A DNA stretch of 64,000 nucleotides from a virus: the IMG/VR virus record IMGVR_UViG_3300020438_004021, positions 72,241 through 136,240 of that record; one strand, written 5' to 3'. Below the pieces are notes generated by a model that did no database searches, was not told the origin of the DNA, and was given only the letters and a program-made list of their open reading frames with translations. The stretch's first letter is position 1. Every line of letters starts with the position of its first letter. The position numbers and the translations under genes are program-made. This document shows, piece after piece, positions 16,395 to 26,492 of the stretch.

Positions 16395-17098
16395 AAAAAA
16401 TCCTGAATCGACTCCAACACCAACTCATTTCTGGTATCGCATTTACCACAAGTAAATGATGCGTCATGCTTCATTGAAGGCATGGTCTCGAAGAATTTCT
16501 GAATCTTCAAAAATTGGTCTTGATTAAGACTTTCAACGAATTCATTTAAGTCTGAGTCTGAATAATCTTTCGCATTATATACTTTATCGGAGTCATATAT
16601 CTTATCGATGCAAGAGTTTACCAACCTAACGGGGTCTTTTGTTATGACTTCTCTGGTGGATTCATCAATAGTCATTCCGAAGGTAGGATATTTCATAACC
16701 ACACCTATTTCTTCCGTAAGTTGTATCTTGCTGTCATGATCATCTACCATGTTCATTTTGACACTTTCTATGTCTATATTCAGGGTATAATCATTTTTGC
16801 AATTCTTACATGGCATCACTACCTTGATGGTCTCACCTATAGACTTAGCCCTAAGGTTGAGGAATAGGTATTCTACATCAAAAGTGGGTAGGTCTTTAAC
16901 CCTAGTACCATCTCTGAAGTCTACACAGTCTTCTAATATGCTACTAATCGCATTGGTCATCTGACTTTCATTGCCAGACTCCACTGCCATCAGCAGGATT
17001 TTCTCTTCTTTCACCAGAAACGGTCTATACTTTACTTCCATATTATTAGATGGTAGTTTCAAAGTATATTCTGGTGTTGCTAGTTTAGGTAATGCCAT
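16388..17098 (-). CDS. 26: Baseplate hub subunit gp26
   Basis: MALPKL..P.Y.L.LPS...YRPFLVKEEKILL, FD.EYLFL.LRAKS.GE, FFETMP. Confidence 0.92.
   Translation of the reverse strand: MALPKLATPEYTLKLPSNNMEVKYRPFLVKEEKILLMAVESGNESQMTNAISSILEDCVDFRDGTRVKDLPTFDVEYLFLNLRAKSIGETIKVVMPCKNCKNDYTLNIDIESVKMNMVDDHDSKIQLTEEIGVVMKYPTFGMTIDESTREVITKDPVRLVNSCIDKIYDSDKVYNAKDYSDSDLNEFVESLNQDQFLKIQKFFETMPSMKHDASFTCGKCDTRNELVLESIQDFFV
16394..16400 (-). other. Putative -1 ribosomal frameshift slippery site T TTT TTC
   Basis: gp26 ends GAT TTT TTC GTG TAA; the -1 frame is open for 63 codons. Confidence 0.7.
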
Positions 17099-17124
17099 TC
17101 AATTCATCTCCTTATAATAAATCA

Positions 17125-17880
17125 TCACGAGAACCAATTACTGAAGTTGCCAAGATTCACCTTGGTAACCTTCTTATTCACCACTGCTCCAGCGTCTGCG
17201 AATCTCTCTATGACCTGAGAGTAGTTAAACGGATTTCCATATTTTCCACCCAATATTCCGACATCATTTATGAGAGAGCCTGCGCTGTCATCAAATTCTC
17301 TCACCGCATCTATGTCATATAAGAACTCTTCTGCAACTGCCAAACCGAAGTTTACAATCGTGGGCACATACCTTCTGAATGAGAGTGTCATTGTCTGTTG
17401 GGCAACTTCGTTGCCCCCCTGATTGGTGAACTCCACTTCTGATACTGCTTTAGGGAACACTTCTTCTAGTCGTATCCTATATATCGGCATGTCGAATTCG
17501 TTGAGAACGTACATGAACATGTCACAGGTATAATCTTTGTAATATCCTAGCCTCCCAGTTATTGGGTCGACTATTGTATCTTGCCAAGTTTCAAATATTC
17601 TTCTTTCCCATAAGTCCTTAGCGAGGTAGAAAGATAAGTTCACCTCACCCGAATATAGCGGTTCATAGGGAATCTCCCTTTGGGGACCGGATGAGTTCCT
17701 GTCTGGTGTAGTTGCTATCGATCTACCCGGCAAGGTCATCGAAGTACACATTAGACTCAGCCTGTTTCCTAGTGCTAAGTCAGCAATACCTAATATACCC
17801 GAGAATTCTATTAGATACTTGTTAGGTGCAAAAACACCGAACTTTTTAATATTTGCTATCATTCTGTCTATTCTTGGCAT
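17125..17880 (-). CDS. Tail tube initiator / gp19-fold protein (gp54-like)
   Basis: LMC....LPG, ER..FE.WQ..I, YY.DY, L.E.FPK. Confidence 0.75.
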   Translation of the reverse strand: MPRIDRMIANIKKFGVFAPNKYLIEFSGILGIADLALGNRLSLMCTSMTLPGRSIATTPDRNSSGPQREIPYEPLYSGEVNLSFYLAKDLWERRIFETWQDTIVDPITGRLGYYKDYTCDMFMYVLNEFDMPIYRIRLEEVFPKAVSEVEFTNQGGNEVAQQTMTLSFRRYVPTIVNFGLAVAEEFLYDIDAVREFDDSAGSLINDVGILGGKYGNPFNYSQVIERFADAGAVVNKKVTKVNLGNFSNWFS

Positions 17881-17893
17881 ATCTACCTCTTTT

Positions 17894-17912
17894 TATTTAT
17901 ATTTTATTTATA
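17894..17912 (-). promoter_or_regulatory. Tandem T4-type late promoters
   Basis: TATTTATA on the + strand at 17894-17901 and 17905-17912. Confidence 0.7.
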
Positions 17913-18508
17913 CTGTCTACCCATACTTTAGTGTCACTAGCACCCACAAAAGATTCTGTTGGAAGATAAATTGCGGTGGTCCAGTCCGAAGGATTTATGA
18001 AAAGCATGTTAGATACTACTCTCTTCCTAAGGTATCTCTTGTAGCATGGTTTGAACCATTTGAATCTTCTACCTCTGATTAGAATATCATAGGTTACCTT
18101 AAATCTGGTGGTCTCATCATATCTATCGTTGTTAGTTATGTCTAAGAGTCTGATTAACAACTGCTGCCTGGCAACGTGAGGAAGATAATGCAGGTTGAGG
18201 CCATGAATGTATTTTCTGTCCCAGCCTAAAGTTATGACTAGAGGTAGTCTGTCGTAATAAGGCAGTGTGTTCTTTCCCTTGGGGCTATATGCGAACATAT
18301 ACATCTTGCCAGATTTCCTAGTGGCAGGACCTTCCATTTCACCAAATTCTTTGATACCAACTTTACTTTTACCGAAGAGTTCCCCAACTTTATCCCTATA
18401 CCACTGCCAGGACGACTTCTGTTGGGGGTCTGCTCCTTGGGAAGGCCTTTTATTATCTAATAATGCTAGCGATGTTATCCTAGAAATGGGCGATGGTTTC
18501 TTTGCCAT
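17897..18508 (-). CDS. 2: DNA end protector gp2
   Basis: Y.PK.K..LPYYD..PLV...GLNLHYLP, W..AIYLPTE.F. Confidence 0.92.
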   Translation of the reverse strand: MAKKPSPISRITSLALLDNKRPSQGADPQQKSSWQWYRDKVGELFGKSKVGIKEFGEMEGPATRKSGKMYMFAYSPKGKNTLPYYDRLPLVITLGWDRKYIHGLNLHYLPHVARQQLLIRLLDITNNDRYDETTRFKVTYDILIRGRRFKWFKPCYKRYLRKRVVSNMLFINPSDWTTAIYLPTESFVGASDTKVWVDSINKI

Positions 18509-18960
18509 TACTTTTTATTTCCCCTCTTGTAAAGGTGGTCTTCTGTCAGTATTTTGAAGTTCCATCCTTTATTCTCTGCGAATTCTCTAGCCGCTTCCCA
18601 CTTAGCGGAGTTTACACCCCACCTCATCACTTCGTTGAAATACCTTCTAGTCTTCCTATTGCCTTTTTTATTCGGTTCCTTACATTGTGCCTTAGGTTTC
18701 ACCTCTATTAGTGTAACCTCTTTGAAACCTCTCTTGTTTATCGTCTCTACGATGAAATCCACATAGTATCTGTGCATCTTATTGTCTTTTGGGGACATAT
18801 AGGGTATTACCACCTCTTCCGAACCCCAAGAGAGTACAGAATCGTTGTCATCGCAGAATACCATGAATCTTCTCTCCCACAGAGAACGATAGATGACCTT
18901 GGTCGGGTCTCCTAAATATTTTTTGGGATTCTTCGGTTTGTACTTTCCCTTGTAAGCCAT
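18508..18960 (-). CDS. 4: Head completion nuclease gp4
   Basis: YKGKYKPKNP.KY.GDP, YRSLWE, W.SEE..IPY, HRYYVDF, IEVKP, N.AKW.AA. Confidence 0.95.
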   Translation of the reverse strand: MAYKGKYKPKNPKKYLGDPTKVIYRSLWERRFMVFCDDNDSVLSWGSEEVVIPYMSPKDNKMHRYYVDFIVETINKRGFKEVTLIEVKPKAQCKEPNKKGNRKTRRYFNEVMRWGVNSAKWEAAREFAENKGWNFKILTEDHLYKRGNKK

Positions 18961-19020
18961 CCCTGTGTAACCTTTATATATAATTATGTATAATTGTCAA
19001 TAAATATTGGGGAGATAAAA

Positions 19021-20313
19021 ATGTCCGAAACACCAGTAGGAGCAGTTGGTCCGATAAATGACGGGGCCGACAGTTCTTCGAACTCAAGAATAGAGAACTT
19101 TGTTAACAACATGGGGGATGCAGCCTTCTTTGATGCTTTCCAAAGTTCTGGTAACCTCCATAACTTAAAAGGTAACCAAGGAACTAGGATAGTATTCCCA
19201 GAGACTATGCATAATGACCCGCAGTTTGGTCATATCATTCATTTTGATATCTTCTACAAGAAAAGTCCGAAGATGGAAGACGTTACAAATGGTATTAAGA
19301 ACCTGTTCTCCACCGTAAAGAATAACCTATCTGGTGTGGCAGATGGTGTAGGCAGTGGTCAAGATATCGGGGAGATTGCCAGTGGTGCTTTACCCGGCGG
19401 TGATGCCGTCTCCAACGAGGCAAACAATTTCATCAGTAATGGTTCTGTCAACGATCAGACTGATGGTCTGATTGGTGGGTTGCTCCAAGGAGTGCTCGCT
19501 AGCACTCTAGGTGGATTCAGTGACATTTTCGGTGGTGGTGGACAGGGATTTGCATTTGATACCAGCGATTTCGGTGCTTTGGGTTCGGTGATATCGAATG
19601 ACCCGGTGACCCAAGACACCAGACTTGGAAAGGCTACCGAAGAATCTCTAGACAAAATCACCTTATATATGCCCAGAGGTTTAAAAAATGTCGACACCCT
19701 AAACTATACTGATGTAGATTTTGCACTTATAAAAGGTGCACTAGAGGGAAACTTGGCAGCACTACTGCCCGGTATGTCAACCAAAGCTGCTGACTTTGTA
19801 GATGGATTAGCAGAAATTGCTGGGACAGAACTAAACACTGGAGAGGCAATCCAAGCGGTCACCGGTGCTGTTAGAAATCCTAGGAAAGAGCAATTGTTTG
19901 AGAGTGTAGGATTCAGGACTTTCGATTTTACTTTCAACTTGTTCCCTAAATCGGAAAAAGAGTCGCATGATTTGATGGAGATGGTAAAACTATTCAGATT
20001 CCACGCACACCCAGAAATAGTGCCCAATCAGGCATTTTATAACTTTCCATCAGAATTCCAAATCACATACATCGACCTCAGTTATAGAAATAACAATCCG
20101 TTCATTAATGGTCAAGTGGATGGAGTGGTTGCCAAAGAGAACCAGTGGTTGACTAAGGTGGGGAGATGTGCACTAACTAATATCGCAGTGGATTATTTCC
20201 CACAAGACAGCATGTCTACATTCGGTGATGGTGCACCCACTTCCATCAATCTGACTCTGACCTTCACAGAGATGCAAACAATCAGCAGAAATCATGTCAA
20301 ACAAGGATATTGA
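19021..20313 (+). CDS. 48: Baseplate tail tube cap gp48
   Basis: I.LYMP, NP..EQLF....FR.F.F.F...PKS..E, L.F.E. Confidence 0.85.
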   Translation: MSETPVGAVGPINDGADSSSNSRIENFVNNMGDAAFFDAFQSSGNLHNLKGNQGTRIVFPETMHNDPQFGHIIHFDIFYKKSPKMEDVTNGIKNLFSTVKNNLSGVADGVGSGQDIGEIASGALPGGDAVSNEANNFISNGSVNDQTDGLIGGLLQGVLASTLGGFSDIFGGGGQGFAFDTSDFGALGSVISNDPVTQDTRLGKATEESLDKITLYMPRGLKNVDTLNYTDVDFALIKGALEGNLAALLPGMSTKAADFVDGLAEIAGTELNTGEAIQAVTGAVRNPRKEQLFESVGFRTFDFTFNLFPKSEKESHDLMEMVKLFRFHAHPEIVPNQAFYNFPSEFQITYIDLSYRNNNPFINGQVDGVVAKENQWLTKVGRCALTNIAVDYFPQDSMSTFGDGAPTSINLTLTFTEMQTISRNHVKQGY

Positions 20314-20316
20314 TAA

Positions 20317-21231
20317 ATGTCATATTTCAAAAGATTCCCTAGAATTAAATACTCGTTTGACAGTGGAAAGACTAATAAAATCGCTGTAGACATCCTAAGA
20401 AGAATAGGATTTAGAGACGAAGCACAAAAAGAGAAGGGACTCCTGATTGACTATATTGTCAAAGACGGAGATACCCCAGAGAATCTCGCTGACAAAATGT
20501 ATGGTGACCCAGAATTCCACTGGGTGATATTGCTTTTCAATAATATTATCAATCCATATCACGACTGGCCCTTATCTACTAGAAAATTTGAGTCTTTCAT
20601 TAAAAAGAGGTATCCTGGACAGGCATTCTTCCTGGTAGGAGATGGCGACGAGCAGTTTCCTAGTTTCAACTTCAATAGGAATGAGACTCTGCTGACAATC
20701 ACCGGCAACACATTTGATGATGTGTCAAATGTGTCATACGGTTCAACCAACGCAGCCCTAATACACAAGTGGGATAAAAATCTTGCCAAGTTAGAACTTA
20801 CTGGGGTATCTGGTGACTACTCTACCGGAGATTTTGTAGTAGTAATAGGAACTTCTGGAGATGGAAGTACATTCAACAAGACTGCTAGGATTAACAAGAT
20901 AGTGTCATTAAATTATGAATCAGTGCACCACTTCGAGAATCCAATCGACCAGACGATACTGAATGCATTTGGAGCACCCCCAACCGGAGGCACTGGAGAG
21001 CAAAAGGTATTGGGTTCTACTGGCAATTACGACGGTGGAACTACATTGGGTATATCTTGGGAGAATACCATATTACAGAACTATATCGTGGACGCAGATA
21101 GTACCTACGTTAAGACTAATCAAGATTTTGAGAACGAAGAGAACGAGAAGAAGAGGAGTATTAAACTTCTAAGACCAGAATTTCTGCAGAGAGTCGTAGA
21201 AGAATTTGACAAATTAGTCAGGGGTGTTTGA
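20317..21231 (+). CDS. 53: Baseplate wedge gp53
   Basis: YF..FP.I.Y, GDTPE.LA...YG....HWVILL.N, E...NE.KR.IKLL. Confidence 0.92.
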   Translation: MSYFKRFPRIKYSFDSGKTNKIAVDILRRIGFRDEAQKEKGLLIDYIVKDGDTPENLADKMYGDPEFHWVILLFNNIINPYHDWPLSTRKFESFIKKRYPGQAFFLVGDGDEQFPSFNFNRNETLLTITGNTFDDVSNVSYGSTNAALIHKWDKNLAKLELTGVSGDYSTGDFVVVIGTSGDGSTFNKTARINKIVSLNYESVHHFENPIDQTILNAFGAPPTGGTGEQKVLGSTGNYDGGTTLGISWENTILQNYIVDADSTYVKTNQDFENEENEKKRSIKLLRPEFLQRVVEEFDKLVRGV

Positions 21232-22658
21232 TGAGCGTTCCAGAGATAGACAAGTACAAGAGACTGAATGACGTAGACGTGTCTAGGGTAGATTTGATAT
21301 CAGACTCTGGTGGTGTTCTAGACATTAAAGATTTATGCACACACGTTACCATCTATGAAGATATGTTCTCACCTACTGGGTTTATGTCTGGGTATATTTA
21401 CATGTCAGATGCTGTTAACCTCAAATCTCACTTCCCCATAAGTGGACATGAGACCATTCACCTTGTTTATAGAACGCCCGGCATGGATGCCGAATATTTA
21501 GATCTAAAATTTGATGTCTACTCTATGACTGATAGAACCAAGTCTACTAACGAGAGAAATGAGATGTATAGACTGAATTTCATCTCAAAGAAGCATAGAA
21601 TTAACTGCCAACAGAGGATAAGTAAGAAGTATAAAGGTTTCATATCTGATATAGTGAGACTCATCATTGAAGACTATTTTCCGGAAGACACCAAATATTT
21701 AATCGAACCCACTCAGGAAGAAATCGATGTGGTAATCCCCAATCTTAAACCTGTTGAGGCGATTAAATGGTTGGCATCTATGTGCAAGACCAAGCAAGGT
21801 CAAAACAACCCTAATTACGTATTTTTCGAGTCTTTTGACCGTCTCAATTTCGTGTCGATGGGTTCTATGTCAAAAGCACCTGTTAGCAGGCAATACAGCA
21901 TGTCCCCGACAGGAGTTAGAACTGATGATTTCAAAGACATCTTTAAACAATTCTTGAATGTACAAGACTTCGCGATATCTAGAGAGTTCAACAGGCATGA
22001 AGAATTCGAGGCTGGGTTATTTACTTCCCGACTCTACACTCACGATATAACTACTAAGGAGTGGGGCATTAAGGTATATAACTACATGTCTGGTTTCTTG
22101 AATGACGACCATCTAGAGGAAAATCCGATTGTGCCAAAGGCTAGCAAGTATCTTCTGTCAACCAACGGTCCAAGTTATTTCAGACCCAAGCAAAAATTTG
22201 GGAACTCCCAACCTTTGGTAGTAGGTGGTGACTCTGCCTCCGAGTGGGAAGGTAAATTAGAAGAAGGTGAATCTTTCATTCCTAACCAGAACAAACCAGA
22301 AGAACATTTCCTTCAGAGGAAATCATCTGTGGGTTCATACAATAATAGGGTGATAAAGGTAAGAGTAGCGGGAGATTCTAGACTGAGGGCTGGTACGGTC
22401 TCAGGAATAAAGATACCGTCCAATGAGCCTCTTGATGATGCAGCCGACAATTGGTTCGATAAGTACACTAGTGGCAGGCATATAATTTCTAGGGTTAGAC
22501 ATTCTATTGATAATGTATCGGGTGGTGACTATACTTGTATGGTAGAACTTGCTAGCGACTCATTGGCAGAACAATACCCAGATAAGAAGACATTTTCTGG
22601 TAGTGATACGACCAATAAAGAAGAAGGTTTTGGAACGGAGCAATTAAATGATGGATGA
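21231..22658 (+). CDS. Baseplate hub protein (gp27-like)
   Basis: IYED.FS...SG, Y.FFE, V.GD..L.AG, SG..II..VRH; lies between gp53 and gp5. Confidence 0.75.
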   Translation: MSVPEIDKYKRLNDVDVSRVDLISDSGGVLDIKDLCTHVTIYEDMFSPTGFMSGYIYMSDAVNLKSHFPISGHETIHLVYRTPGMDAEYLDLKFDVYSMTDRTKSTNERNEMYRLNFISKKHRINCQQRISKKYKGFISDIVRLIIEDYFPEDTKYLIEPTQEEIDVVIPNLKPVEAIKWLASMCKTKQGQNNPNYVFFESFDRLNFVSMGSMSKAPVSRQYSMSPTGVRTDDFKDIFKQFLNVQDFAISREFNRHEEFEAGLFTSRLYTHDITTKEWGIKVYNYMSGFLNDDHLEENPIVPKASKYLLSTNGPSYFRPKQKFGNSQPLVVGGDSASEWEGKLEEGESFIPNQNKPEEHFLQRKSSVGSYNNRVIKVRVAGDSRLRAGTVSGIKIPSNEPLDDAADNWFDKYTSGRHIISRVRHSIDNVSGGDYTCMVELASDSLAEQYPDKKTFSGSDTTNKEEGFGTEQLNDG

Positions 22659-23601
22659 TAAACTGACCGCTGATATGGATTTTGTTTGGTTTCAAGGTGT
22701 CGTAGAAAACCGAGATGACCCTCTGCAATTGGGTAGATGTAAAGTCAGATGCTTGGGTTTTCACACACACAACAACACTCAACTGAAGACAGAAGAGTTG
22801 CCTTGGGCGCACCCATTGCAACCGATTACCTCTGCTGCTATGAGTGGAATCGGTCAGACACCCACCGGTCCGGTTTTGGGTACTTGGGTGTTCGGATTTT
22901 TCAGGGATGGCAGGAGTGCACAACAACCAGTTATAGTAGGAACTATGGGTGGTATCCCCACCGAAAGACCTCCCCAAGAAGTAGGATTCAGTGACCCAAC
23001 AGGGGTCTACCCGAAAGAAGAGTATATTGGAGAGGCTGACACAAATAGACTAGCAAGAGGTGTTACTATGGACACCATCGTGCAGAAGAAGTTAGAAAAT
23101 ATAGACGAGATGGAGTTAGCAACAAGCATAGATGGGTCTGACACAGTTAGGGAACCTGAGACTAAATATTCTGCTCAGTATCCACTAAATAAGGTAACCG
23201 AGTCAGAATCCGGTCACATAATTGAGATTGATGATACCGAAGGCGCAGAAAGAATTCATGTTTATCACAAGTCAGGTACTTTCCTAGAAGTACACCCAGG
23301 AGGAGATATTGTGGTTAAAATAGGTGGTGGTTCAGGAGGATTTTTGACTTTTGGGGCAAAAGATAGTAATATCAACCTTAAGGGTGATTTTAATATAACG
23401 GTAGAGGGAGATTCTAGCATCTACACCAAGGGAGATGCTACCGTTAAGACAGATGGTGATTTTAAACATAACGTCACAAATGGAGACTACGAAGTGAATG
23501 TGAAAGGTGAAATTAGACTCAACGCAGGCGAGGGAGGGTCATCTATTAAGATGGATGGAACTTCAATTAGGGAGAACTCTGGTAGCATATACCTGAACTG
23601 A
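22648..23601 (+). CDS. 5: Central spike gp5 (OB-fold plus beta-helix, no lysozyme domain)
   Basis: WF.GVVE.R.DP..LGR.KVR, LPWA, WVFGFF.DG, YP.N.V.E.ESGH..E.DDT. Confidence 0.92.
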   Translation: MMDDKLTADMDFVWFQGVVENRDDPLQLGRCKVRCLGFHTHNNTQLKTEELPWAHPLQPITSAAMSGIGQTPTGPVLGTWVFGFFRDGRSAQQPVIVGTMGGIPTERPPQEVGFSDPTGVYPKEEYIGEADTNRLARGVTMDTIVQKKLENIDEMELATSIDGSDTVREPETKYSAQYPLNKVTESESGHIIEIDDTEGAERIHVYHKSGTFLEVHPGGDIVVKIGGGSGGFLTFGAKDSNINLKGDFNITVEGDSSIYTKGDATVKTDGDFKHNVTNGDYEVNVKGEIRLNAGEGGSSIKMDGTSIRENSGSIYLN

Positions 23602-23603
23602 TT

Positions 23604-26492
23604 ATGGCAGATATTAACAAAATATTTAACTATCTGAAGAGGCAAGGTGTCAATCTGACAACCGGAAGTGCACCTTTGTCTACGGGTAATCCGTCTTTTA
23701 AGAATTCTCTGCTTCTTTATGCGGATGAAAATGGAGAATTCCTAACACCACTAATGGTTAATGGCATAGTATCAGTTCCCAACAGATCTAATAGTTTGAA
23801 CGATGCTAATATTACTAGCGGTGTTGATAACACTTTTAAGCAGTCCTTGAAAGCGATCGAACGGGCATATAAAAGATGCATACTTAAGGCCATTAGAGAT
23901 TTTTGCACTGCTAACCCTACAAATGAACAGATATGCGATGAATGGGTACAACCATTTGATGGACTTCCTGGTGAAGAATGGGACTTAGAATTGTGGTATG
24001 AAAGAATGCCCACAATAATAAAGGCAGCTATTTTGTGCTGCACTCTACATGCAATTGCAGATGCGCACTGTGCAAATACAGATGCCTTGTTTAGGATAAT
24101 AAACAGACAGAGAAGAGACCTAAGGAGGCTGGAAAGGAGATGTGAAGGTGGGGATCCCGGTGCTTGTTCTGAAGCAGAGGTACTTCGCGAAGCAATTGGT
24201 CTCTTTATTACAATGCATGCAAAAATGGTAGATACATGCAGGGCTTTGAGAAATGAGGCGAATACCTGTACTGAGGGTATTACACCTGAACTGTTTGAAC
24301 CCGGTTTTCCTAGTCCATATGCGGAAATCACGAAAGAGACACTAAAACTATCTGATAGTCTCGACAAACTATTGACAAGCTCAGATGACAGCAAGAGCAA
24401 GCTTACTATCTCTACGGATTCTATTAAATCTTATCTGACAAAAGAAGAGCTTAAGTTAGTCATAGACAATGAAGAAGATTTGATAGAAGAAATCAAATCT
24501 TCTATAGACACATCTAGGCTAGGTTCTCAGAAGAAGTTAATAGGGGTGGGAAATGCAGTTACTTCTGGTGCTCAATCTTCTACCAAGTTAAGAAGTCAGT
24601 CAGAGATTGATAAAAGGTCCAGAGGTCTTTTCAAAAATGTGGAGACATTCAACGGTGAGACTGGAGATATTTTTGGTGTGAACTCCTTGAATGGTGAGAC
24701 CGGAAATATTAAGATAAAAGATTTGCCTTTGGTGTCTTCACTAAACGGCTCCACCGGTGTGGTAGAAGGTGTAAGTGCCTTTAATGGTTCTACTGGTAAC
24801 GTTGAAGGTGTATCTTCTTTCAATGGAAGTACAGGCGATGTAAAACTAGTTGACCTAATTGGTGTAAATACATTTAATGGTGTGTCGGGAGACATACAAG
24901 GCATCAACACATTCAACAGTGCTACTGGTGCAGTAGAGGGTGTATCCACTTTCAACGGTTCTACTGGTAGTATTACCTTCGGTTTGAGCAGTTTGGGTAT
25001 AGCAGCATCAGCAGAAGAAATTAATATCTTAGATGTTAGTGCTTCTTCCATACAAAGCATACTGATAGATGCAGCTTCCGATAGTGTTATAATGAACGAT
25101 GGTGGTACTGGTGGTTCTCTGAAGCATGTTAGCGTTTCTTCTTGGGAGCAGCATCTTAGAAATGTATTGGTTTCAACATTCAACAGTGCTACTGGTGCGG
25201 TAGAGGGCATCAACACATTCAACAGTGCTACTGGTGCGGTAGAGGGCATCAACACATTCAACAGTGCTACTGGTGCAGCAGAAGGTGTCTCTACCTTCAA
25301 TAGTGCAACCGGTGCAGCAGAAGGTGTCTCTACCTTCAATAGTGCAACTGGTGCGATAGATACTTCCACTCTTAGACTTGTCACAAATGGAATATCTGCC
25401 AATAACGGAATTTCTTGCGGAGGCAATATAGAACTACCAGAAGATGGTACAATTAGTGTCGCAGGAGATTCGGAAGTAATAAAACTTAACTTCGGTGGTG
25501 GAATATTAGATATCAGTGCTAACCAACTTGATATCCCCAAAAAATTGAGACACAGAGGAGATTCTGACACCTACCTTGAGTTCAAAACCGACCATATAGG
25601 ATTGCAGGCTGGTGGTACTACCTTCGCTTATGGATATTCAGGAGACTTCGTTGCAAATAAAGGTATGACTGTATTTGGTGATATGTCTATCTCTGGTGAT
25701 ATAATCGTGCAGAGCGGTAAAACCGTCAAAGGAGGAGGTTATACCCTAGGTGCTGGTGGTGCTACCTTCAGCAGTCCAATTACCATAGAGAACACGGGAG
25801 ACGTTGCCCTATTCCTCAATGCAGACTCAGACAACTCCGGTGAAAATGATAATCCAATCATATCAATGGGTCAAGATGGTGGTGTTGGCAGATTTGAAAT
25901 CGGTCTGGTGGGAGATGCGGGTCAAAACTACACCGACTCCACTGCAAATGCAGCCTTCTTGAACACAGGTGCTAGTTACGTCGATTTACAACTCGCCACT
26001 CACGATACCGCTAGGGTGACAATACTCAGAACCGGTGAGGTGGGAATAGGCACTAAGACACCATCACATGGTCTAGACCTAGAAGGTGGTTTCAATGTGA
26101 CTGGGGGTGCTACTTTCACAGGTCCAGTAAATGTCACAGACCATGACGTTATTAGACCCAACTTAAAAGATTTTTCAGAAACTGTTAACGCAATCGGAAC
26201 TGTCACCGGAAACACCGCAGTGAACTTTGAAAGCGGCAATGTTCAGACTATTACGATGAATGGTAATTGTGAGTTCACATTCACCAACCCACCAGCATCT
26301 GGTAAAGCAGGGACAGTTACCTTAATTATCACTAATGGTGGAGCAAACACCACGACTTTCCACTCCTCTGTGAAATGGCCTAGCGATGTTGCACCTTCAT
26401 TAACATCTTCTGGTATTGACATCATAACGTTCTTGACAACCGATGCGGGAAGCAACATTTTCGGATTCGTAGGTGGGTTGAACTTCTCATGA
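23604..26492 (+). CDS. Tail fibre-like protein with 13-aa repeats
   Basis: TFNSATGAVEGIN repeats, G.VGIGT..P, C-terminal F.NPP.SG...W.....P.LT domain. Confidence 0.75.
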   Translation: MADINKIFNYLKRQGVNLTTGSAPLSTGNPSFKNSLLLYADENGEFLTPLMVNGIVSVPNRSNSLNDANITSGVDNTFKQSLKAIERAYKRCILKAIRDFCTANPTNEQICDEWVQPFDGLPGEEWDLELWYERMPTIIKAAILCCTLHAIADAHCANTDALFRIINRQRRDLRRLERRCEGGDPGACSEAEVLREAIGLFITMHAKMVDTCRALRNEANTCTEGITPELFEPGFPSPYAEITKETLKLSDSLDKLLTSSDDSKSKLTISTDSIKSYLTKEELKLVIDNEEDLIEEIKSSIDTSRLGSQKKLIGVGNAVTSGAQSSTKLRSQSEIDKRSRGLFKNVETFNGETGDIFGVNSLNGETGNIKIKDLPLVSSLNGSTGVVEGVSAFNGSTGNVEGVSSFNGSTGDVKLVDLIGVNTFNGVSGDIQGINTFNSATGAVEGVSTFNGSTGSITFGLSSLGIAASAEEINILDVSASSIQSILIDAASDSVIMNDGGTGGSLKHVSVSSWEQHLRNVLVSTFNSATGAVEGINTFNSATGAVEGINTFNSATGAAEGVSTFNSATGAAEGVSTFNSATGAIDTSTLRLVTNGISANNGISCGGNIELPEDGTISVAGDSEVIKLNFGGGILDISANQLDIPKKLRHRGDSDTYLEFKTDHIGLQAGGTTFAYGYSGDFVANKGMTVFGDMSISGDIIVQSGKTVKGGGYTLGAGGATFSSPITIENTGDVALFLNADSDNSGENDNPIISMGQDGGVGRFEIGLVGDAGQNYTDSTANAAFLNTGASYVDLQLATHDTARVTILRTGEVGIGTKTPSHGLDLEGGFNVTGGATFTGPVNVTDHDVIRPNLKDFSETVNAIGTVTGNTAVNFESGNVQTITMNGNCEFTFTNPPASGKAGTVTLIITNGGANTTTFHSSVKWPSDVAPSLTSSGIDIITFLTTDAGSNIFGFVGGLNFS
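25176..25355 (+). repeat. 39-bp coding tandem repeat (about 5 copies)
   Basis: Unit ACATTCAACAGTGCTACTGGTGCGGTAGAGGGCATCAAC; degenerate copies also at ~24640-24970. Confidence 0.9.

Noticed and set aside
18508-18960. TnsA transposase or mobile element
   Set aside because: The TnsA-like nuclease fold here is the T4 gp4 head-completion protein in its usual context next to gp2
25176-25355. CRISPR-like array
   Set aside because: Head-to-tail 39-bp in-frame coding repeats with no unique spacers
23717-25570. Long antisense ORFs (23717-24400, 24596-25570; likewise 12462-13199 on the + strand)
   Set aside because: Shadows of G/S/T-rich or repetitive genes on the opposite strand, with no RBS or recognisable motif
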